This document shows positions 1 through 9,453 of a stretch of DNA of 64,000 nt, piece by piece. The stretch comes from Heterodontus francisci (Eukaryota). The stretch is taken from NCBI RefSeq assembly GCF_036365525.1, contig NC_090399.1, positions 20,098,529-20,162,528 on the forward strand, given 5' to 3'. A program made the position numbers and the translations under genes. Numbering within the stretch: the stretch's first letter is position 1; each line of letters begins with the position of its first letter. Under the pieces are notes generated by a model, which did not search any database, was not told where the DNA came from, and was given only the letters and a program-made list of their open reading frames with translations.

Positions 1-650
1 CCCTGAATTTCTGTCTTAAATCCCCATCTCTCTTCCTACCTATGTCGTTGGTGCCTATGTGGACCACGACTTGGGGCTGCTCCCCCTCCCCCTTAAGGAT
101 CCCAAAAACACGATCCGTGACATCACGAACCCTGGCACCTGGGAGGCAACATACCAACCGTGAGTCTCTCTCGTTCCCACAGAACCTCCTATCTGTTCCC
201 CGAACTATGGAGTCCCCAATGACTAATGCTCTGCTCCTCTTCCCCTTTCCCTTCTGAGCAACAGGGACAGACTCTGTGCCAGATACCTGTACCCCATTGC
301 TTACCCCTGGTAAGTCGTCCCCTGCAACATTATCCAAAACGGTATACCTGTTGTTGAGGGAAACGGCCACAGGGGATCCCTGCACTGCCTGCTGGTTCCC
401 TCTCCTTCCCCTGACGGTAACCCATCTACCTACTTCTTTTACCTGAGGTGTGACTACCTCCCCATAACTCCTCTCAATAACCCCCTCCGCCTCCCGAATG
501 ATCCGAAGTTCATCCAGCTCCAGCTCCAGTTCCCTAACGCGGTTCTCGAGGAGCTGGAGTTGCGTGCACTTCCCGCAGATGCAGTCAGCAGGGACACTCT
601 TGGCGACCCTTACCTCCCACATTCTGCATGAGGAACATACAACTGCCTTA
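1..650 (-). mobile_element. CR1-type LINE, 5' part (ORF1 region); continues past the left edge of the window
   Basis: Near-identical to 23104-23746. The minus strand encodes the CxxC motif, coiled coil and GDSIVRG (SGNH esterase) of ORF1. The junction gccttaacag|actggtgtac is the same as at 23750 and 62388. Confidence 0.9.
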
Positions 651-789
651 ACAGACTGGTGTACGTCAAGAATATCAATGTGATACCAAGAAACAACTGA
701 AGACACTGGATGCTGCAAAGGCAATGGACCTTGACAACGTTCCGGCAATAGTACTGAAGACCAGTACCTGATATGAAATGTGACCCGTG

Positions 790-1370
790 GTAAGATGGAA
801 TTTCTTCTGGAAATCGGTTTTGCAGGATGCATTTCCTGGAATATTTCCAGAATGTGTTGTGACAAGGTCCCAGGATCATAAGGTTAAACAAGATGAGATG
901 GATTCAGATGTTTTCGAGGACAATTCTGATGTTTTGTTGGCTGAAATATTTTTCAGGGATTTGGATGAGGACATTGGTGTCAAAGGCTCCAAGGTTAACA
1001 ATGGGGAATTGTTTAGCAGATCTCCCGTGATTTTGGGACACAACAGGCAGATCCTGATTTTAGGAACTTGTCTCTGGCGACCTGTTTTGAGCCACAGACT
1101 GAAAAGTTTTATTAGTGTTCTAACGTCAAGAAAGATGAGGAAGTGGAGACCTCTCCGCTGATGAGGATTGGACTGTAATCCATCAAATGGTTGTCCCTCC
1201 TTGCTATCATAGTGTAATTTAGAGAATTGCCAATGAAATCCCAGTCACAGGTCATTTGTGTTTTCCAAAAACTCAGGTTAGGGTAATGACATATTGTTAC
1301 TAGCAAAGCTGCATCAGGATGTGGTTCACTATTGTAAGACATGTCACACATGTCAAATGGTTGGGATCCA
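790..1370 (+). mobile_element. Decayed Gypsy (Gmr1-like) LTR retrotransposon fragment, integrase zinc-binding region; copies at ~23886-24466, ~40370-40950, ~62524-63098
   Basis: Translation across stops and frameshifts gives FPECVVTRSQ...MRKWRP..ADEDWTVIHQMVVPPCY...EIPVTGHL...LHQDVVHYCKTCHTCQMVG, an HHCC-type integrase N-terminus. Confidence 0.75.
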
Positions 1371-2790
1371 CAACCTATATCTTTACCTTTGCCACCTATC
1401 TCAATAAAAGCAGATTTCCTTTCATTATCAAAAGTCTTTTCTTTCCAATTTCTCTGAAAGTTTCCAAATTGAGGCCTGTGACAACTGCTTTGTGAATCAA
1501 TTCATAATCATGTGCTACTACTGCGGCTTCCTTTATTTTACAAACTTCATTTTTTAAAATTTGTTTGTGGGGTGTGGACGTTGCTGGCTCGGCCAACATT
1601 TATTGCCCATCCCGGAATGCCTTTGAACTGAGTGGCTTGCGAGGCCATTTCAAAATGCTTTTTTGGGTCTGGAGTCACACAATGACAGAGAGCATGGAAA
1701 AATCCAGCTCCAGCTGTTGGAGAGGGGCTGAGGGGGTGGGTGGGGGGGGGGGGTGCGTGTGTGTTTGTGAGGGGTGGGGTGGGCGTGTGTATGGATCATT
1801 CAGAACGGTTTTAACACCTTCATGTCGAGAATGGAGTGAGACAATTGAAGTCAACGGAACTGAGTATTGGAAGGGGCGCATAAAGGGCAGTCGATTCCAT
1901 GCCACCCACATTGCTTTCATGCCGAAGGTGAACTATTATCCTGTCGATAAAGAGACTGCTTTAGGGAAATAGCAGATCCACCTTGTATTCCTGCTGATTT
2001 ATATTATTCCTTTTTAGTAATGCATCAAAGACAGCCTGCGCGACAATTAAACTGCTTCAGACAGTACAGACATCAACAACGACCTGCGAGGACACAAACC
2101 AGGCAGAACCACTTTTGCTGCCTTTTCTTCCAGATGCTGATATTCAGTGCTATTGAAGTCAAGTAGATTGAATATCGGCAGGGGCGTGTAACGAGCCACC
2201 AATGCAATGTCACCTGCTTTGTCAATATCCACCCCCGTGTACTTGTATGGCATGTTTAATGCAGAAAACCATCCCAAAGCACTTCAGAGAGGCCGAATCA
2301 AATAATAATAGATATTGAACCAAGAGTAATTCTGAGAATAGGATTGGTCAAAAAGGTGGGTGTTAGGGACTGTCTTAAAGCAGTTGAGGGATAGTAAGGT
2401 GGAGCGGTTTAGAGCAGCAATTCCACAGAGCGGGAGTCTGTGGCTCCAGGTTTGACAGCAAGAGGGGATCGAATGGGGAGTCTTTGCTGAAGAGGTCGTA
2501 ATTGAAGAGGGAGGACAGTTGGGATGTTAGGCATGGAGCAGGTCACAGGGATAGAAAGAGAGAATAGGCTGAATTTCAGGGAGGGTGGCTAATCGGAACC
2601 TGGACAGTAATAATCGGCGTAGCTTTGACGTTAGACCATTGTGTAAAACCTGTGGTATGGAGTGCACCAGTCGGGAAGAAGCTCTCCTGATTTTTTTTTC
2701 CAACAAAGTCGAAATTACCCCACTTAGCTCTGCTGGTGTCAAAGGCATGAACGAGGGTTTGAACGTCTGATGCCTGGACGAAAAGCTGGA

Positions 2791-5700
2791 GAAGAGATGG
2801 GGATTTAAGGCAGAAATTCAGGGAGCTAGGGTGGAAGCTTAGAGCGAGAACAACCAGAGTTGTTATCTCTGGGTTGTTGCCTGTGCCACGTGCTAGCGAA
2901 GAGAGGAATAGGGAGAGAGAGGAGTTGAACACGTGGCTGCAGGGATGGTGTAGGAGGGAGGGTTTTGGTTTCCTGGATAATTGGGGCTCTTTCTGGGGTA
3001 GGTGGGACCTCTACAAACAGGATGGTCTTCACCTGAACCAGAGGGGTACCAATATCCTGGGGGGGAGATTTGTTAGTGCTCTTCGGGCGGGTTTAAACTA
3101 AATCCGCAGGGGAATGGGAACCTAAATTGCAGTGCCAGTGTACAGGCTGTTGAGAGTAGTGAGGTAGGGGATAAGGTTACAGGGACGCAAGAGGGCACTG
3201 GCAAGCAAGAACTTGGTTTAAAGTGTGTCTACTTCAACGCCAGGAGCATCCGGAATAAGGTGGGTGAGCTTGCAGCATGGGTTGGTACCTGGGATCCTGA
3301 TGTTGTGGCCATTTCGGAGACATGGGTAGAGCAGGGGCAGGAATGGATGTTGCAGGTTCCGGGATTTAGATGTTTCAGAAAGAACAGAGAAGAGGGTAAA
3401 AGAGGGGGGGGGGGGTGTGGCATTGTTAATCAAGGAAAGTATTACAGCGGCAGAAAGGACGTTTGAGGACTCGTCTACTGAGGTAGTATGGGCCGAGGTT
3501 AGAAACAGGAGAGGAGAGGTCACCCTGTTGGGAGTTTTCTATAGACCTCCGAATAGTTCCAGAGATGTAGAGGAAAGGATAGCGAAGATGATTCTCGACA
3601 GGAGCGAGAGTAACAGGGTAGTGGTTATGGGGGACTTTAACTTTCCAAATATTGACTGGAAATACTATAGTTCGAGTACTTTAGATGGGTCTGTTTTTGT
3701 CCAGTGTGTGCAGGAGGGTTTTCTGACACAGTATGTGGACAGGCCAACCAGGGGCGATGCCACATTGGATTTGGTACTGGGTAATGAACCCGGCCAGGTG
3801 TTCGATTTAGATGTAGGTGAGCACTTTGGCGATAGTGATCACAATTCGGTTAGGTTTACCTTAGCGATGGGCAGGGACAGGTATATACCGCAGGGCAAGA
3901 ATTATAGCTGGGGGAAAGGAAATTATGACGCGATTAGGCAAGATTTAGGATGTGTAGGATGGGGAAGGAAACTGCAGGGGATGGGCACAAACGAAATGTG
4001 GAGCTTATTCAAGGAGCAGCTAATGCGTGTCCTTGATAAGTATGTACCTGTCAGGCAGGGAGGAAGTTGTCGAGCAAGGGAGCCGTGGTTTACTCAAGAA
4101 GTTGAAGCGCTTGTCAAGAGGAAGAGGGCGGCTTATGTTAGGATGAGACGTGAAGGCTCAGTTAGGGCGCTTGAGAGTTACAAGCTAGCCAGGAAGGATC
4201 TAAAGGGAGGGCTAAGAAGAGCAAGGAGAGGACACGAGAAGTCATTGGCGGATAGGATCAAAGAAAACCCTAAGGCTTTCTATAGGTATATCAGGAATAA
4301 ACGAATGATAAGAGTTAGAACAGGGCCAATCAAGGATAGTAGTGGGAAGTTGTGTGCGGAATCAGAGGAGATAGGGGAAGCGTTAAATGAATATTTTTCG
4401 TCAGTATTTACAGTAGAGAAAGAAAATGTTGCCGAGGAGATTACTGAGATACAGCCTGCTAGGCTCGATGGGATTGAGATTCACAAGGAGGAGGTGTTAG
4501 CAATTTTGGAAAGAGTGAAAATAGATAAGTCCCCTGGGCCAGATGGGATTTATCCTAGGATTCTCTGGGAAGCCAGGGAGGAGATTGCAGAGCCGTTGTT
4601 GTTGATCTTTAAGTCGTCATTGTCGACAGGAGTAGTGCCGGAGGACTGGAGGATAGCAAATGTTGTCCCCTTGTTCAAGAAGGGGAGTAGAGACAGCCCT
4701 GGTAATTATAGACCTGTGAGCCTTACTTCGGTTGTGGGTAAAATGTTGGAAAAGGTTATAAGAGACAGGATTTATAATCATCTTGAAAAGAATAAGTTCA
4801 TTTGCGATAGTCAGCACGGTTTTGTGAAAGGTAGGTCGTGCCTCACAAACCTTATTGAGTTTTTCGAGAAGGTGACCAAACAGGTGGATGAGGGTAAAGC
4901 CGTGGATGTGGTGTATATGGATTTCAGTAAGGCGTTTGATAAGGTTCCCCACGGTAGGCTATTGCAGAAAATACGCAAGTATGGGGTTGAAGGTGATTTA
5001 GAGCTTTGGATCAGAAATTGGCTAGCTGAAAGAAGACAGAGGGTGGTGGTTGATGGCAAATGTTCATCCTGGAGTTTAGTTACTAGTGGTGTACCGCAAG
5101 GTTCTGTTTTGGGGCCACTGCTGTTTGTCATTTTTATAAACGACCTGGATGAGGGTGTAGAAGGGTGGGTTAGTAAATTTGCGGATGACACGAAGGTCGG
5201 TGGAGTTGTGGATAGTGTCGAAGGGTGTTGTAGGGTACAGAGGGACATAGATAGGCTGCAGAGCTGGGCTGAGAGATGGCAAATGGAGTTTAATGCGGAG
5301 AAGTGTGAGGTGATTCACTTTGGAAGGAGTAACAGCAATGCAGAGTACTGGGCTAATGGGAAGATTCTTGGTAGTGTAGATGAGCAGAGAGATCTTGGTA
5401 TCCAGGTACATAAATCCCTGAAAGTTGCTACCCAGGTTAATAGGGCTGTTAAGAAGGCATATGGTGTGTTAGCCTTTATTAGTAGGGGGATCGAGTTTCA
5501 GAGCCACGGGGTCATGATGCAGCTGTACAAAACTCTGGTGAGGCCGCACCTGGAGTATTGCGTGCAGTTCTGGTCACCGCATTATTGGAAGGATGTCGAA
5601 GCTTTGGAAAGGGTGCAGAGGAGATTTACTAGGATGTTGCCTGGTATGGAAGGAAGGTCTTACGAGGAAAGGCTGAGGGACTTGGGGTTGTTTTCGTTAG

Positions 5701-6064
5701 AGAGAAGGAGGAGGAGAGGTGACTTAATAGAGACATACAAGATAATCAGAGGGTTAGATAGGGTGGATAGTGAGAGTCTTTTTCCTCGGATGAGGATGGC
5801 AAACACGAGGGGACATAGCTTTAAGTTGAGGGGTGAAAGATATAGGACAGATGTCAGAGGTAGTTTCTTTACGCAGAGAGTAGTAGGGGCGTGGAACGCC
5901 CTGCCTGCAACAGTAGTAGACTCGCCAACTTTAAGGGCATTTAAGTGGTCATTGGATAGACATATGGATGTAAATGGAATAGTGTAGGTCAGATGATCGG
6001 CGCAACATCGAGGGCCGAAGGGCCTGTACTGCGCTGTAATATTCTAATTCTAATTCTAATTCTA
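2791..6064 (+). mobile_element. Young 5'-truncated CR1 LINE (end of ORF1, ORF2, 3' UTR, (ATTCTA)4 tail), present only in unit 1
   Basis: ORF1 C-terminus with DGLHLN, APE+RT ORF2, and tail at 6041-6064. The empty site is visible at 26991-27020 and 43480-43510. Confidence 0.95.
3417..5987 (+). CDS. CR1 LINE ORF2: apurinic-type endonuclease plus reverse transcriptase. The true N-terminus (~3215-3403) is separated by a frameshift in a G run.
   Basis: 856-aa ORF with MGDFN, LDLV and SDH (APE) and QHGF, DFSKAFD, GVPQGSVLGP and FADD (RT). The upstream frame reads LKCVYFNARSIRNK...ISETW. Confidence 0.92.
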   Translation: MALLIKESITAAERTFEDSSTEVVWAEVRNRRGEVTLLGVFYRPPNSSRDVEERIAKMILDRSESNRVVVMGDFNFPNIDWKYYSSSTLDGSVFVQCVQEGFLTQYVDRPTRGDATLDLVLGNEPGQVFDLDVGEHFGDSDHNSVRFTLAMGRDRYIPQGKNYSWGKGNYDAIRQDLGCVGWGRKLQGMGTNEMWSLFKEQLMRVLDKYVPVRQGGSCRAREPWFTQEVEALVKRKRAAYVRMRREGSVRALESYKLARKDLKGGLRRARRGHEKSLADRIKENPKAFYRYIRNKRMIRVRTGPIKDSSGKLCAESEEIGEALNEYFSSVFTVEKENVAEEITEIQPARLDGIEIHKEEVLAILERVKIDKSPGPDGIYPRILWEAREEIAEPLLLIFKSSLSTGVVPEDWRIANVVPLFKKGSRDSPGNYRPVSLTSVVGKMLEKVIRDRIYNHLEKNKFICDSQHGFVKGRSCLTNLIEFFEKVTKQVDEGKAVDVVYMDFSKAFDKVPHGRLLQKIRKYGVEGDLELWIRNWLAERRQRVVVDGKCSSWSLVTSGVPQGSVLGPLLFVIFINDLDEGVEGWVSKFADDTKVGGVVDSVEGCCRVQRDIDRLQSWAERWQMEFNAEKCEVIHFGRSNSNAEYWANGKILGSVDEQRDLGIQVHKSLKVATQVNRAVKKAYGVLAFISRGIEFQSHGVMMQLYKTLVRPHLEYCVQFWSPHYWKDVEALERVQRRFTRMLPGMEGRSYEERLRDLGLFSLERRRRRGDLIETYKIIRGLDRVDSESLFPRMRMANTRGHSFKLRGERYRTDVRGSFFTQRVVGAWNALPATVVDSPTLRAFKWSLDRHMDVNGIV

Positions 6065-6222
6065 ATTAAGACGGTGAAACTTGTCGGTCTATATCCACTT
6101 CTCGGTTCAACCTAAACCCAATGTCCCATTAACGCTGAGCTGCTGCGATCAAAATGCAGCAACGGAGCAAGAGTCTCAGAGGCGAGGATTTCTTCAGTCT
6201 GAGATTGCACACTGTTTTTAAC

Positions 6223-6384
6223 TCTCTGGGGATGGGGGAGTTCACGTTAATTGCTGGTTTATGAAGAGATGTAGTAACTTGTTTGTTTGAAAGCATCTAG
6301 CTAATGACACCGGTTCTGTGACCTCACTCTCTCACTGGACGATTGGCTCGTGTATAAATGAGGTTGTTTCAGTGCATTGCCTCG
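6223..6384 (+). promoter_or_regulatory. Core promoter of GPCR copy 1
   Basis: TATAAA at 6353-6358, 60 nt upstream of the ATG. Inverted CCAAT (ATTGG) at 6342-6346, TGACCT at 6319-6324, TAATGA at 6302-6307, TAATTG at 6248-6253 and EBF-like TCTCTGGGGA at 6223-6232. The stretch 6235-6384 is identical in all three units. Confidence 0.7.
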
Positions 6385-6412
6385 CATCTACCGCTCCTGG
6401 TTTTCGGAGAAA

Positions 6413-6476
6413 ATGGGACGACAGGCACTTCCGATAGAAATGTTGTATCCGATTCTCGCAGTTATTGGCATTCCTG
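6413..6476 (+). CDS. GPR139-like class A GPCR copy 1, coding exon 1 (MGRQALPIEMLYPILAVIGIP)
   Basis: ATG in good Kozak context (AAAATGG), 21 codons plus 1 nt, then donor G|GTAAGT. The phase-1 join to 8555 restores TM1 (..YPILAVIGIPANL..). Confidence 0.88.
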
Positions 6477-6894
6477 GTAAGTAATTCGAAACTATCCTGA
6501 AAAATTTAGTGCACAATTGCGAAACTGCATTATTATTTTCCCTGTGTGTTTTTGTTATAGTCGTTGTTGCCTTTGTGACGGTAATTTGCATTAGCCAGGT
6601 GGTAACGTCGAGCAATCGATCGCTCACCCATTGATGAGTTCGTCCGATTTTCGTTCCCTTTGATGTTTATGTTAATGGCTCAGTCCTGTTCTATATCACT
6701 GGGCGGGCAGTCAATCCCTCCGCATTACAAAGTGAAAATGGACCCTGTGTCATTTGTACTGAGCTGTGGCTCTGTCGGTCGAAATCTCTGCTTTGAGTCG
6801 GATAATCTTGTGTTTCCCTCCCATTTCAGTGAGTTGAATTCATACTGTAAGCTGCCATTTCGGTGCAATATTGGTGAAGTGATGCAATATTGTC

Positions 6895-7630
6895 GAATTA
6901 TAGAATGGTTACAGCACAGAAGGAAACCGGTTCTGTCGTGTCCATGCCAGTTCTCAGCGAGTGCAGCACAGCTCGTCCCATTCCCCTGTCTTTCCCCCTG
7001 AGCCCAGCATTTTTCTCTTCAGATAAATATTCAATTCCCTTTTGAAAGCCACAATTCAATCTGCCTTCACCACACTCTCAGGCAGTGGATTCCAGATCCG
7101 AACCATTCACTGCGGAAGAAAGCTTTTCCTCCCCTTTGATTCTTTCACCAAACGCCTTAAATCGGTGTCCTCTGATTCTCGACCCTCCCGCCAATGGGAA
7201 CAGTTTCTCTCTATCTATTCTATCCAGTCCCCTCATGATTTTGAATACCTCTCAATATTGCACCTCTCAAATCTCCTCTCAATTATCTCTTCTTTAAGCA
7301 GAATAGTCCCAACAGAGCAGTAAATGAAGTCCCTCATCCCCAGACCATTTTGTAAATATTTTCTGCACTCTCTTCAATGCTTTCACGTCCTTCCTAAAGC
7401 GTGGTGCCCAGAATTGTATAGAATACTCCAGCTGAGGCCGAGCCAGTGTTTTATAATGGCCCAACATTAACTTCCTTGCTTTTCTACTCTTTGCCACGAT
7501 CTATAAAGCCCAGGATCCGTATTCCTTATTAACCACTTTCTCAACCTGCCCTGTCACCTTCAACGATTTGTGCTCATACACCCGTCCCCCACATCCCCGC
7601 CAGAACCCTCTGCTCCTGAACCTTCTTTAG
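6895..7630 (-). mobile_element. Old CR1 LINE 3' fragment inside the GPCR intron; copies at ~27835-28572 and ~44325-45020
   Basis: The minus-strand peptide YKTLARPQLEYSIQFWAPRFRKDVKALKRVQKIFTK matches the C-terminal part of the CR1 ORF2 in this window. Confidence 0.8.
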
Positions 7631-7798
7631 AATTGTTTATCCATTATTTTATATTTCCTTTCCTCATTCTTGAAATCATCTTTTTATGAGACGTTAAAAA
7701 ATAACTGATTTAATTTTAATAAAAATGCAGTACTGGTTCAGCTGGATACAATCATCATACTGCTAAATGTTGAAGTAAATCTAGTACTATTCACGTAT

Positions 7799-8433
7799 GG
7801 GGTAATTTTCACTTTGTATTAACATCAATGCGCAAAAAAGACGGAAGGGCTGTAAAATACGGGGCCCATTTGATATCAATTGCTTTTGTTTCTTTTGGCA
7901 CGGCAAAAAAAGTTAAAAATGTTCCCAATGTTTCTATTTGCATTGAAAGGGAGATAAAACAGCATTAATCAGTAATAGGCAAGGAATGTTTATATGTTTT
8001 AACCGAATCGAACCGTAAAAAACTGATGGCAGTGGATGCAACTCTGATTTTACCTGTCGCCCGATTTTCTTCTCTATTGAAGTCACTGTGAACAACATTG
8101 GACGGAACGAGCATCCCATAGAATCCGTCAGCATCCGGCCCAGCAAGTTACTTCCAAATGGCTCCCATTAATGGTTTCATATTAGAATATCTTGAAGTTA
8201 CCGCAGGGAAAAAATGTCTGGCAAGAAGATGGGGAAGTTTGCAGCAGCTGCTATGTGACAATTTATTCCAATCCAGGTTAACTATTAGCTATATTGTGCA
8301 ATGGGTAATATTGAATTCACCGCCCCTTGTACATTCAGCCTGTTACTCTCTTCCAATGACTTCCATGGAAAAAAAATGGATGGCCAATTAGATACCGCTA
8401 TTTGACCCGGTCACACAGGGCTAAAATTACCCC
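7799..8433. mobile_element. Possible non-autonomous TIR element or cluster of small MITE-like hairpins in the intron
   Basis: Exact 11-bp inverted termini GGGGTAATTTT (7799-7809) and AAAATTACCCC (8423-8433), with weaker internal inverted repeats. No clear target-site duplication (TSD). Confidence 0.35.
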
Positions 8434-8554
8434 CGGTTCCTCCACCCCACAACTCCCAGCCTGATGATGCTTAACACCAGATTTCCAACTTGCTGTCAGT
8501 GTACATCTCTGTTGAATTTTTCTGTTAAATTTCCTGTTTTTGCATTTCTCCTAG

Positions 8555-9453
8555 CAAACCTGCTGTCATTTCTGGTTCTTTTCCAAAGGAAATGCGGTCT
8601 TTCCAAAGGAATCACTCATTATATGATGGCCATGGCCGTGGGAGACCTCATGGTCCTTATCTTTAATGTTATTGTGAGCCAAATCATCAAGTATCATTTT
8701 CCAGATTCATTGCTGAACTACACTTCCACGTGTCGTTTTACTGTCTTCATGCAAGGGTTTAGCATTCAGCTCTCTATCTGGTTCACAATGTCGTTCACCT
8801 TTGACCGTTTTGTTGCAATTTGTTGCCAGAAATTGAAATCAAGATATTGCACCGAAAGGACAGCCACCATGGTTGTAACGGCCATGTGTGTGCTCAACAT
8901 TTTGATCAATATTCCCATGCCTTTCCGCTATGAGCCCGATTATATTCTCAACAATATACAGTGGGGCTGCCGCACCATCACAGGATATTTTACTTCACCC
9001 GCATGGAAGGTTCACCAATGGATTACCAATCTCTCAAGTACATTACTTCCAATTCCTTTGCTGCTGCTGTTGAACTCTCTCACCGTCAGGCACATCTTAT
9101 TAGCCAGTAGAGCTCGCAAAGCCCTGAAGAGCAACAACAATGGAAAAACCGGCAGTGATCCCGAGATGAAGAACAGAAGAACATCCATCATTCTACTCTT
9201 TGCTATCTCGGGCACTTTTATTGTGTTGTCGGCCCCTATTACCGTAATACACATCTGTGTCGGTGTCACACAGACACTCGATTTCCAAGGTTCAAACTCA
9301 CTTTATTTGGCAATTAGAATCACATTTCTGTTGATGTGCACCAGCTCCTGTACAAACACTTGTATTTATGCACTGACACAGAGGAGATTCAGAGCGGAGA
9401 TCAAAAATATGGTGAAATATCCGTATTATCTCATTGTTAAATTATTTAAATAA
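8555..9453 (+). CDS. GPR139-like class A GPCR copy 1, coding exon 2 (probable G-protein coupled receptor 139-like; 320 aa spliced)
   Basis: Acceptor tttttgcatttctcctag|CA. Rhodopsin-like 7TM pattern: MAVGDL (TM2), Cys at the top of TM3, FTFDRFVAIC, ECL2 Cys, TM5 Pro, NTCIY and helix 8 FRAEI. AATAAA at 9460-9465. Confidence 0.93.

Noticed and set aside
4617-5411. Antisense ORFs of 111-145 aa within CR1 ORF2 (repeated in the other LINE copies)
   Set aside because: These are shadow ORFs on the opposite strand of the RT gene. They recur only because the LINE copies are recent.
8464-8554. N-terminal extensions of the GPCR ORFs in the ORF track (also 29433-29496 and 45879-45942)
   Set aside because: These are translated intron and polypyrimidine tract. 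They differ between copies by an indel, use TTG starts in copies 2 and 3, and a proper exon 1 exists upstream.
9012-9269. Conserved 85-aa antisense ORF in each GPCR exon
   Set aside because: It is a shadow of the sense coding sequence with no independent support.
3417-9453. Reverse transcriptase next to variable receptor genes as a diversity-generating retroelement or retron-like system
   Set aside because: The RT is an ordinary CR1 APE-RT. It is absent from unit 2, there is no template/variable repeat pair or adenine-specific variation, and the receptors keep their intron, so they were duplicated at the DNA level.
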